A stretch of DNA of 64,000 bases from assembly GCA_964106645.2 (NCBI GenBank), contig OZ067043.1; one strand, 5' to 3'. How positions within the stretch are numbered: position 1 is the first letter of the stretch; each line of letters begins with the position of its first letter. A model generated the notes under the pieces. The model saw only the letters and a list, made by a program, of their open reading frames with translations, was not told where the DNA came from and did not search any database. Shown here piece by piece: positions 48,400-59,687 of the stretch. Source of the stretch: Podarcis pityusensis (Eukaryota). The position numbers and the translations under genes are program-made.

Positions 48400-48790
48400 T
48401 CTTAGTACAGGCAGCATACATAGAAAAGCCAGGATCTGTGAATGCCTGGATCTGACACCTATGCAGCCCACCCACACTCCTCATTTGGCAGAGGATTCTT
48501 GGCTGCTGCAAGCAATGATTCTGGCTGGCTTGATGGTATGTTTCCACCATCTTCACTGAGCCAAGAAAGATTTATCTTTTCTAGGAATATGGGACGGTGG
48601 GAGGCATTGAAGCCCTGGATGAATCACAGAAGGAATGAAAGGAGCACAACTCCCCAGACACGATGGATTCAAAGGACAGTAGAAGTAGAAAATTCCACAT
48701 GGGAAGGAACAGCACATGTGGAATATTATTCTCTTTGCCTGCCACCGCCCTAAAACAGTGTAGGACACTTGAGGAATATAGGAATATGGT

Positions 48791-48813
48791 TTGGTTGGTT
48801 GGTTGGTTGGTTG
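48791..48813. repeat. (TTGG)n microsatellite
   Basis: Direct reading. Confidence 0.9.
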
Positions 48814-49320
48814 CTGGCTTTCTAGACATTTTCCTTCCCTTCTTTTCCCTGCCATTGGAATCAACATTTGTTGAGCTTCACTCAACTCCACAACCCAGAG
48901 GCAGCAGGGCTTTTCTTTTCTTTCTTTTCTGGCTCTTTTAATAACTTTTGGATCAGAAAAATTGTGAGGGAAGAGAGGGTTTTTTTATTTTTTTAAAAAA
49001 AACCTCGTCCCACAGCACCACATACCAGATCCAAATTGAATCTCCAGTAAACCACCTGGCCTCTTAGTTGGCATAGCAGCTGTACTAGAGTGAGCCCTTA
49101 TTTATCAATGGGTTTATAGTACATGCATAAATTCTATCCTGTGTAGTTACTTCCATCAGAATTCACAGTACAATGCTCATCTCAGATAAGTTAAAGCATC
49201 AGAGGCATTCTCCTGGACTTGCTCATTGAGAATGCATTGTCATCCTTGTGTATATCAAAATAACCTTCAGTTTTGAACCTGTTGTGCAGAAACAGGGAAG
49301 TTTTGAGATTGGGAGGATAA

Positions 49321-49348
49321 GTGTGTGTGTGTGTGTGTGTGTGTGTGT
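49321..49348. repeat. (GT)n microsatellite
   Basis: Direct reading. Confidence 0.95.
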
Positions 49349-50308
49349 CCGTGTATCCCGCCCTTTTCCCAATCATTAAAACAACAAATCCAGCTCAAAG
49401 TTGGGAGTAGATTAAACAATAAAGCAATAAAGAATCGTAAAACATAAGTGACAGTGATTACAAAATTATATTGTGAGATTAGAATGACTAAAAGCTTGAG
49501 TAAATAACCAGGTTTTAACCTGATGGCTGCATGCCAATGAAGGTGATGCCAGGCAGATCTCAGAGGGGAGGGTGTTCCACAAGTGGGAGCTTTTCTTAGT
49601 TTTACTGCTGTTTTATTGTGCCCTCTCAAAAGGAGAAAAACTATGTGGGTTTGGGACTGTGTCTACCTCAGTGCCCCTTCTTTGCATTGTCTTTAATTTT
49701 TTGTAGAATGTCCATTTTACAGTTGGGAAAAAGAGGAAAGAAACAGAGAGCTGTTGATTTGCCCTTGTCAGCATTGTTGCATTGAGTATAGATAACCAGT
49801 GATGGCAAATATAAAGAAAAGTATTGATGTAGCTTTGGTAGTGAGTGAAGAAGCACATACATAACATCAGTTTCTTGTACAGAAAATATTACTGTACAGA
49901 TTTCCTTGAGAAAGTGGTGTATGGGACCTGCTAACTTGGATGCTTTGTCTGACACCAGCCCCCAGATGAATCTCTCTTTCTGCAGAATTATTTCCAGCAT
50001 TTCCTTGCACACTGTTTCTCCATAAGGAAGAAGACTGCCTGTGAAATGCTACCCCTGAACTTTGAGCTACAATACAAGTGAGTCTGGTTAATAATTGCAG
50101 CCCAAAATAGACAAAGCACTTAAAATACTCAGAATACCCCTTAAGTGCCAATGGAGAGCTCAGTCACAATATCAGAAAAATATTGGAATGGCAATTCTTT
50201 TCTCGCCCCATATTTTACTTCCAAGGTGGAAACTGTTGGAGTATATTGCAACAGAGTGAAGAAATAGCCTGAGACTGCTGGTTAAAATAATAAAAAGTAA
50301 GGTTTATT

Positions 50309-50851
50309 TTTATATTCCTGTTGTATTTGTCCATGGAGTTTTCTTAGCAGGGATACTGGAGTGGCTTGCCAGTTTCTGCTCCAGATGGATCATGTTTAGT
50401 CAAAACTCTCCACTATGACCTATCCATCTTGGGTGGCATAGCTCATAGCTTCTCTGAGTTGTTCAAGCCCCTTTGCCACAACAAGGCTGAAGAATTGATG
50501 CTTTGGAATTATGGTGCTGGAGGAGACTCTTGACTGCAAGAAGATCAAATTTCTGAAGGAAATCAGCCCTGAGTGTTCACTGGAAGGACAGATCCTGAAG
50601 CTGAGGCTCCAATACTTTGGCCACATCATGAGAAGAGAAGCCTCCTTGGAAAAGACCCTGATGCTGGGAAAGATTGAGGGCACTAGGCGATGGGGATGAC
50701 AGAGGACGAGATGGTTGGATAGTGTTCTTGAAGCTACCAACATGAGTTTGACCAAACTGCGGGAGGCAGTGGAAGACAGGAGTGCCTTGTGTGCTCTGGT
50801 CCATGGGGTCACAAAGAGTCGGACACGACTAAACGACTAAACAACAACAAG
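50309..50851 (+). mobile_element. BovB (RTE) LINE insertion: inverted 5' end (50309-50486) plus sense 3' end (about 50487-50851)
   Basis: The 3' part encodes a degenerate RTE ORF C-terminus (LKLRLQYFGHIMRR..SLEKTLMLGKIEG) and ends in a (CAA)n tail; 10-bp TSD AAGGTTTATT at 50299-50308 and 50852-50861. Confidence 0.9.
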
Positions 50852-51497
50852 AAGGTTTATTACTCTTGACAAACAAAGCTATTCTGAATTTAGGCTTACA
50901 TGTAGTCATTGGGGAGTCATCTGGTTCAGAGAACCAGCGCTAACACTGAAGGAGGAGTAGGAGGTGACTAAAGTTTGAGAAACAACCTCCATATCAACAA
51001 GTAATTACTGAACAAGAAATCAGCAAGGGAAGAATAGGTTGCCTTTCTATCACGCACCCCACCCACCCACTGGTACAGGTAACTTATTAGACACATTGTT
51101 GCTTTACTCCCAACAGAAACAACCTTGGTACTGTCCAAACTCCCGCAGTTAATTAATGGCAAGAACAAGCATCAGTTCTTGCTTGTTTGGGAATATGAGC
51201 ATTGGGTGGAATTTGGCATCACACCAAAACAATAGTTGTGTCAGTGCAAGCATTTCTACTTGCCAGATGAAATGATGGGCATTTCCATTTGCTGTTCTGG
51301 GAGTTCTCAGAGTGGATTTGCTGGAGGCATGGAGGGCAGGGCAGGGAGGAAAGCCCTGTTGCACTAGCAGCAGTCTTGCATTGGCTTCCAGTAGCGCACC
51401 AGGGTGGTTGAATGTGGACCACTGCGTGATGGGTGGGCACTATAAGGGCGAGTGAGAAAGTTTTATTTGTATATAAAACGATGAGAAAGAATCTCTA

Positions 51498-51591
51498 AGG
51501 CTGCAATCCTGGACCCACTTACCTGGGAGTAAGTCCTTTTGAATTCAGTGGGGCTTATTTATGAGTAGTTGTACATTGGATTGGATTGTTA
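51498..51591. mobile_element. Short palindromic MITE (GCAATCCT...AGGATTGC family)
   Basis: ggctgcaatcct...cttacctgggagtaag...gggctta; relatives at about 45114-45200, 3620-3705 and 36863-36940. Confidence 0.5.
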
Positions 51592-53029
51592 GTCAGGTGC
51601 TGGTAGGCTTCAGGCTTGTGGGATCTGTTAGAGCACCAAGTTCTACCAAACAGAAACACAAGCAATCTGGTGGCTTGGGTTGGAGCCAATTGCCTCACAA
51701 AATGTAGACTGGAATGACCCGTTTGTACAGATCTACATATCAGTTTATTTCTAATTTAGGAAGGAAAAGCCTTCTGTTAAACAACAGAGTCGGAAGTCCA
51801 TGCTAATCTAACTACAGATCGGCCGGCCTTCTGCCCATTCCTGACAGTGCCACCTTTTAGCAGCCTTTGAGTTATGATAATGCATATTTTCCTCACCAGC
51901 TTCAGAAAAGGGAAGTTGTGTGAGAGCGCTTTACTGTGAGGTCAAAGCAATTTGCCTGTCTTTTCTTTTTTCACATTCAAGCTTGAAATCATAGAAAATG
52001 ATGGGATTTTTGTTGTTGTCTTTAATAAATAAAAGCAAGTTATTCTCTCTGATGACGGATGAAAAGGTGACAGGCTGTCTCCCTGGATGCTATTGCAGCT
52101 TCCCAAAATAACTCCAATCCTCAGCTAAATGAATGCTGCTAGACAACTCATGGAAAGTGTGTTGGCATTGGCTGAACCCGCCACTCGCAAGAAGTGGCTG
52201 CTTCATCTCCCAAGTGTTGCTGCCCAGTTATGCTATTTTTAAAACAGGGAAAGCTCCTATCTGCGAATGGGACAATAGATGCAGCTGAAGGAGATGAGGA
52301 TGAGGGCCTCTGTGTGGGTTTCACTTTCTTTTAATAACCTGTGAAACAAACCCCCCACTTGGTTACAAAGCCTGGATACCAGGCAGCCCTGCTGCATTAT
52401 CCAGAATCAGAATGCTAACAGCAGCAACCCACAGCATCCTCCCTGGTTTCTTTGGAATCGTGCCCATGTCAGTGCACAGAGGCTGCCCTGGGTGCCTTGC
52501 TTAATCAGAGCAAAAGATATTGGTGGTAAAATGGAACAGAAATTTTAGGTAACAAATTCCAGTAGCCCTGATAGGGGGGAGCGGGAAGTGTGTGTAGAGG
52601 AGATGAGTTGTAGAAAAGTTTGAAAATGAAAATGGATGAAATCAGCAAAATTGTGTATTAAGTGTGTGCATGCGCGCTGAACTTGCAACTGAGCTGTACT
52701 ATCACACGATCAAATTTGGACTTGTGTCTGAATGGAGAGCCTGCCTAAATGTGCATTTATTAAACCTGCTATCCTGCTATATCCCACAGGCTGTGGGGAT
52801 CATGAGAGACATATTTTTTCAATGAATAAGATACAAGTATGTTATTGCTTAATGGGAAAGTTTAGGGATTACTTAAACTGAAAACATGTGACCTCCCCAT
52901 GGCGGACAAGCTCTTCTTACTTCTTGCCAACTTCCCCTTGGCTCTTTGCTTCCTCCACCTCTGATGCTATTGGGTAACTTGCTCTGATGGCATGGATAGC
53001 GCTTGGCACATTGAGGTGTAATGGCTCAA

Positions 53030-53182
53030 CAAGGAGCCAATACCAGCTGTGGCCTCTTAGGTCAACAATGGAGGCATGAGTTTAAATCCCAGGCCATAGG
53101 GAAAGACTAATTTTTGTTGGTGGGATTTAAACTCATGCCTCCATTTTTGGCATAAGAAGCCACATCTGGCATTGGTTCCTTG
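53030..53182. repeat. Inverted repeat, 62-bp arms, 29-nt spacer
   Basis: Arms 53030-53091 and 53121-53182; 55/62 complementary; inner 25 bp perfect. Confidence 0.92.
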
Positions 53183-53633
53183 ATGACTCTCTTCTTAGGA
53201 AGGCTGATGGCCAGGTCCTCTTCCCACTTTGAACAGCAGGTAGGGAGCAGCACTTTTGAATCTACGTACGTCCCTTCCTGCACTTATAGTGATAGCTGTG
53301 ATGCTTTTGGGCTTCATGTACAGAAGAGCTGAGAGGAACTGTCAGGACAATTTGTGAAATTCTTTTCCTTCCTTGGAAGTTGCATGTAGGAGGGTTAAAG
53401 GCACAATAAGATTTCCATGTGCCCTTAAGTATATTTCTTAACCAATTATTTATTGATGAGCAGAAACATCTTTTGAAGCCGCATCTAGGGGTTACATAAC
53501 ACCATCAGCAGATCACTTGCTAAAGAATTGCTATCACGCAACAGACTTTGGCTCTGTCATCTCTAGAGTCTTTGTTTCTCTTATTTTATACAATCTTAGG
53601 AAGATTGTATAAAGGAGGTGCTATGTGTTAGAA

Positions 53634-53987
53634 CAGGACACAGGTGGCGCTGTGGGTTAAACCACAGAGCCTAGGACTTGCCGATCAGAAGGTCGGCAGT
53701 TCGAATCTCCTCGGCGGGGTGAGCTCCCGTTGCTCAGTCCCAGCTCCTGCCCACCTAGCAGTTCTAAAGCACGTCAAAGTGCAAGTATATAAATAGGTAC
53801 CGATCCGGTGGGAAGGTAAACAGCGTTTCCATGCACTGCTCTGGTTCACTAGTAGCGGCTTAGTCATGCTGGCCACATGACCCGGAAGCTGTACGCCGGC
53901 TCCCTCGGCCAATAAAGCGAGATGAGCGCCGCAACCCCAGAGTCGCCCACGACTGGACCTAATGGTCAGGGGTCCCTTTACCTTTAC
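53634..53987 (+). mobile_element. Sauria SINE (Podarcis/POM-type), full length
   Basis: Same body as the 2259 copy; CCTTTACCTTTAC tail; perfect 13-bp TSD ctatgtgttagaa at 53621-53633 and 53988-54000. Confidence 0.94.
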
Positions 53988-54595
53988 CTATGTGTTAGAA
54001 AAGCCACATCAGGCTTCATGGGCACTTCTAAGGAAGTGAAGGAGCTGTGTCCCTAATTCTTATAGAATCATTGATAAAGGTATTTCTAACACAAATATGT
54101 AAGAATGGTCAGAGGACCCACCACTCTCACAAGATTTTTTTTTTACTGTTGTGTTTTTGCAAATGAAGAAATGAATCTAAGTGAAAGTGACTTCTAAATT
54201 TCAAGTTTCCATTTTAGAACAAGGACAGACAGTTCCAGTCACAGTATTCATACCGAATATGCTTATGGTATAAATAGCCCTTGAAATTGTGAATGAACGC
54301 AGTAAAACCAAGAGGAGCAAGAGCAACCTTTCATGTGCTGCTAACACTTGCCTGAAACAATAACAATGGGCTGTTTACATTACTTGAAATGATCACAACT
54401 AACATGGGACAAAATAGTTGATAAAGGACCACAGGATGCCAGCTCCTTATCACAAGTCCAGTGAATTTTGCTTATCCTGGGTAATTGGACAACATTTCCC
54501 CTTCAAGTATTGGGTTGCTAGTAGTGAACTGAGTAGAGGCATAGATGTATTTGTTTTGTAGTTATGGAGGTGGCTACAAGATGAGGCACTGGCCT

Positions 54596-54970
54596 GGCTT
54601 GTACATATTGCTAAGCCATGGTTTGTTTACCCCAACTATGGTTTATTTGACTGCACAAATGCAGCCCAGCAGACTAACCATGTTTTTTCCCCCTGCCAAC
54701 AATCCACAATATTAAGACATGGCTAGCTGTTGACTTACAAACCATGGTTTGTTTGGTATTTTGGCTAAGCCCTTGCTTAACTAAGTTGCCTTGGCATCCC
54801 ACCCAGATACTTGTCAAGGTACAAAGGTACAAGGCAAGAGCAGATGGAAAGCAAACCATGCTTTAAGGAAACAAGTCATTGCTAGTTTGCTTCTCTGTGA
54901 AACAACCTGTGATTTGTTGAACAAGCCATGTTTGCAACAAACTGTGGCTTAGCATTTTGTGTGAATGGAG
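54596..54970. mobile_element. Degenerate palindromic MITE rich in AACCATGGTT motifs
   Basis: Subterminal inverted repeat tgctaagcca(tg)gtttgtt / aacaaac(tg)tggcttagca; related sequence at about 24615-24860. Confidence 0.55.
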
Positions 54971-57900
54971 CTCTCTGAACTAGTAGAGGCTGCTAGACCT
55001 GATGGATTAAGAGTCTTATTTACTGTCAAGATACCTCAGGAATTCTGCCGGTGATGTTTGACCACTGCAGGGACAGGATTAGGTTTCAGATGGGAGTGGA
55101 AGTACAAGTGAGCAAACCCCAGGGTTTCATGCTCCTGCGTTATGTCCAAATAGGAACTGCCTGAATATAATCTCAATCAGAACTGGTTAGTTGTTCTTCC
55201 TTTAGAGGATTCTCTTGTGCTTCAGGTTCAAGGTAGCAGAGAGATTTTAATTTGGAGTTTTGGGGATGGGGTCAGGTTCAATTTAGTTTGACTTTTTGCA
55301 TTTGTCGTCCTAACATGTTAAAACTCCTTCAGTTTTGCTTCTATCTGCCATAGTTAGTCTTTTAGAGATTTCAAGAAGCCAAAGTGGAAAAAGCGCCAGG
55401 TCTTTGCCCTTTCTGTGAGAAGACATCTGAAGCATGCGTCATTTTGGAGTGTGACAGTATGCCTGGAAATTTCCAAACACTCTTCCCCCCCCCCCCCATT
55501 TCCCCTGCAGTGCTTTCATAACTCAGCTGTCAAAGCCCTGAATATTATTAGTCAATTAGTGACTGACACATTTCCTGTAATGCTACCTCATTAGTCAGTC
55601 CAGGGAACCAGTGCAAAGGACCCAGCTAAAAGTATACCAAAAGGTCTAGGTTTTTGTGAGGAAGCGGCATGAAGGCTCAAAGAGCATGGTGGACTCAATA
55701 TTTTTTTTTTATCCATCCTAGGCAAGTGTGAAAACCTGTGTTCTAAACCTGAAGTTTAACTTGCCAGTGCTAAGGGGAATGTACTATGGGGGACACAGAC
55801 AATATTTTCTTGCCTAGCTTCCAGCAAGGTTAAAGCTGAAGGACATTTGTCAAGGGCCACCACAAAGGGTACCTGATTTTGATCAGTGGAAGGCTATAAA
55901 TTTAATGCAACCAAGCACCCATGTGAACGCAAGTACCCCTATCCATTTTATGAAATGGATCCAAATAAATAAGGGGGAAGAGGGAAAAGCCTTGTGATGT
56001 GTGGAACATCCAAAAAATCCCCTCAGACAAGGGGAACAAGTAATGGTCAATTGCATAAAATCAGTTTCCAAGACTGATCAATTTTTTGCACTGTTGAAAG
56101 TCGAATGTTGGTACCTCTTTAATATTCCCACAAAAATGAACTGGAAGTGTGAGCACTAAACTGGGACAATCCGGAACAGATCATGGAATAAGGGATGGAT
56201 TGCACAAGCTCAGCCATTAGTCACAGTCTCTGTCATGGCAGGATTGGGTGATGCAGTTTCAGGTGTGAAAAGAGGTTTGGGAAGGGCAGGGGTGGTCCTA
56301 AATGCAGTGATTTACTTGCTTCCATAGGAATTGGTGACAAGCATTCTCTTGCATGGGAGAAATTAAAGGGGTACACTCGGACCTAGTGCTGGGGAAAAGA
56401 CCAAGCCTATCTCTGTTTTGTCCTCCCTCAAATTATAGATTCTGAACTTTATCACAGGGAACTCTCTGAGAGCCACTGAGGGAACTTCCAGATTGGCACT
56501 AGTTTTGATTTAGATTCAGTCACTTAGCGGCAAATGCATTTTGCACAAATGTAGTGGATTTGGACATCTTGTGGAACAAACTGCTTCCTCCAAAGATTGG
56601 AGTTTTTGCATTAAGGAAAGTGACAGGGACATGCACTGAAAAGTGTGGAATAACACTTATTTTGACACAACTTCATGTAACCTGCCTGCAAACAAATCAG
56701 GATGAACGGATTGTCTGGGTGTGACTGGAGATGCTGATTCTGCCTTTGTTGTACAGATAGCCCATTCTGTGTTCTACTTCTTGGTTATGCTAGGCTGTAA
56801 TGTGATGAAACCCAAGGCCTGGAATATGGGGCATCAGTGAAGGGAGATGAAGAGAGGGAGGCCTAGCTTGAAGCAGCAGTGGACTGAAGGTTAGAACTGA
56901 AAGACACTGCTGCAACGGACACTTACTGCACTAGGACCACAATATAAACACCTCACTTAGGTTTGAGTTGGTCTTCAGAATGAGATCCTTTACTGCATAT
57001 CTCCCACTCACAGAATCTTGGCATGCAGAGGACAATGTCAACAGTGGTGGCAGCGCTCCTTTGCTGAGTGCCAACTTCCAAGCAGCTGCTATTGCAATTG
57101 TGCACAATGCTCCAAAGCAGTGAAGCGTCACTGTGGGACATTGTGGGCAATTATAATGGCAGCCACCCAGCATCCATCAGAACGCCAGGAAAGGTTCCCT
57201 GGGGTAGCAGTGTTGGCAATGATGAGCCTTTGGTACTTGTCCAAGGAAAGAATGTCACCTCCTGTTGCCAGGCATAACCAAACTTTTTTGTGTACAGAGA
57301 CACAGCAATGGAGGGACCTGGCCCTTCAAGGACTATTACTGGCCCCATCCCGAGCATGCAGCTTCCACTTTTCTTTTCTTTTTTAAAAAGTCAAATATAA
57401 GGTAAAGTGTGCAAGCAGTGTTCTTCATGATTGCAGAAGGATAGCTGCTCTCCTGCCTGCCTGTGTTCTGGCCAATGAGTACAAATTTGCTGGGATAATA
57501 AGAAAACGACTAAGCATTGTTTTGAAAGTATAGTTTTACATTATCTACCATTCAACATACAACGTAACTTAATAATTTTAAACATATTGGGCTTTGTGTG
57601 CAGGCTTTGGCTCTTTTGTATTGATAAAATTGCCAACATCATGTACTCATGGGACCCATCTGCAGGGGAGCAGGAATGTAGACACTCACAGCTCTGGTAC
57701 TTTTTTGCAGCAGGAGCAGTAGTGTTGCCTGCAGCAGCTGCATTTGCCAGTGTTGCAGGTCTGGAGTGGAGTAGGTTGATTGTAATACTGTATAGGACAT
57801 CCTGTATTCATTAATTTATCTGGCAACAGCCTTTTCCTGTGCTAACACAGTTATCCTGATATTGATTATAAACAGTCCATAAAGAGCCTTACTAGCATGT

Positions 57901-57989
57901 GTATTACACGGAACGTTAATTGTACTACTGCTACTCCTCCTCCTCCTCATAACAATGTGGTTTACATTTATATTCCACCTTACTTCCAT

Positions 57990-58172
57990 TGATGGCACAC
58001 CTGGTTGTGGATTCCTCCATTTTATCATCACCACCACCACCATCATCGTCATAACCCTGTGAGCACGGTTGGGCCTAGGGCTGGCTGTGACTGACCAGTG
58101 AACTGACTGATCAGGGCTATAAACCAAAGTCTCCCCAGCCAAAGTCCAACATGTGAACCACTACACTACTGT
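57990..58172 (-). mobile_element. MIR/Ther-related CORE SINE (Squam3-like), degenerate
   Basis: aaccctgtgag...gtgactg...agtccaaca...aaccactacac pattern typical of this family in reverse orientation. Confidence 0.5.
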
Positions 58173-59284
58173 TTCCCAGCTCATAGCTGATACTAATAAA
58201 CTGGATATTTTCCTATGTTCTGCTGCTCTTTGGATTTATGTATTTGGATCATCACAGTTGCCTGCATATTTGGACTCTCATGATGACCTCACACACTTCA
58301 AAATTTATCACTGCAAAATTGTCCCTCAGCACAACATTTCTGCTTATGGGCTTATTTTTGCCTATAAGTCACAGCTCCCCATTTCATTTAACTTTTCTTC
58401 TTATTGCCTCAATTAACTTTTTGCTTTGTATATGGTATTTCCTTTATTAACAAATATATAGGTCCCTATGATACCCCTCCTATGTTTTCCATGAGAAATA
58501 CCTGCTCTGCATGGAAGTGACAACGGAAGTTGCTTGCTTACGGGAGGTGTCAACAGTAAGGTACTCAAACCAAGCCAGCTTTTGCGCAAAGTTGAGTTCA
58601 TTGAGTGTTTGATCAGCAAACAAGACAATGCTCTTAAGAGGATTATGGGTTGGCCTCATACATTTATTATTAAGCTCTGAGGTTGGTCAGCGTAAGTTCA
58701 ACCCCTTAGCATTACTACCATAGGAACACAGTCTCACACTGGAATGGAGAAATGGGCTTGTGAACGAATCTCTGTTGTGCCCATTTATGTCCACCTACTC
58801 CTCTCTGTTAAAAACACAGAGAGCAGCTTGAAAATTATCTGAGTCAATAGAAGCCATTGCCTCTCTCTTTGTTCCTTGTTGCTACACAATTTGTGAGCAG
58901 CGTTAAACCACCTACTACAGCCTTGGGATATCCTCCTTGCCCTCTGAACTTTTCACCCCTGCTGTTCCCTCCTTCATCTCTTGTCTGCTCTGCCTTTCTT
59001 GCTGTGCAGGCAAAGCTATCACAGCCCCTCTGCTACCATGAGCTATAGGTCTAAACGAAACAGCATTCAAGCAAGCAGTTTGCATGTACAGGGGACCAGT
59101 CTGGGCTGGGGACCCAGGCATATGTGGGTGGCGTGGGGTGCAGGGGTGGCTTTAGCTCTTTAACTGCGGTCCTGATGCCAAGTGGGGACCTCCACACTTC
59201 CATTTGTCCTGTTATTTCAAGTCATAGGTTCACTTAGGAAAATTAGGATGCAGTAAAATTGGTGAGAGAAAGAGTGGAGTGGGG

Positions 59285-59687
59285 CAGGGGCAAAGAAAGG
59301 AGAACCAGCACCTGGTGCAGGGTGTCGGGGGTGCCTGGTGGCGCATGCGTGGCACCGCTACGCAGGGTATATGTGTGCGCGCCGCTACGTATGATGCATG
59401 CGTGTACACTGCATTTAGTGCGCATGCGCAGCACTGTATGTAGCGCTGCCATGCATGTGCCGCCTGATGGTTTGCTGATGGTGCCGCTCGAGTGCCATAC
59501 GGATGGCGGAGGAAGGTGCAGCCATGAGCGGGGGATCCTCTGCACATGGCTGCGGCGGGGCGATGGCGGCAGCTCACGCCACTGCGTGTGGGGGCAGCAG
59601 GGCAAGCCCCCCGTGGGATGCCTTCTTGTCACCCCCCTTAGAGATGGCACCTGGGGCAAATGCCCCCCGCCCCTTCCTCTGCCACTG
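59285..59687. mobile_element. CpG-rich non-autonomous hAT element
   Basis: Perfect 8-bp TSD GAGTGGGG at 59277-59284 and 59688-59695; imperfect TIRs (13/17). Confidence 0.8.

Noticed and set aside
50420-50812. ORFs of 130, 62 and 75 aa
   Set aside because: Sense and antisense readings of the truncated BovB fragment; not host genes
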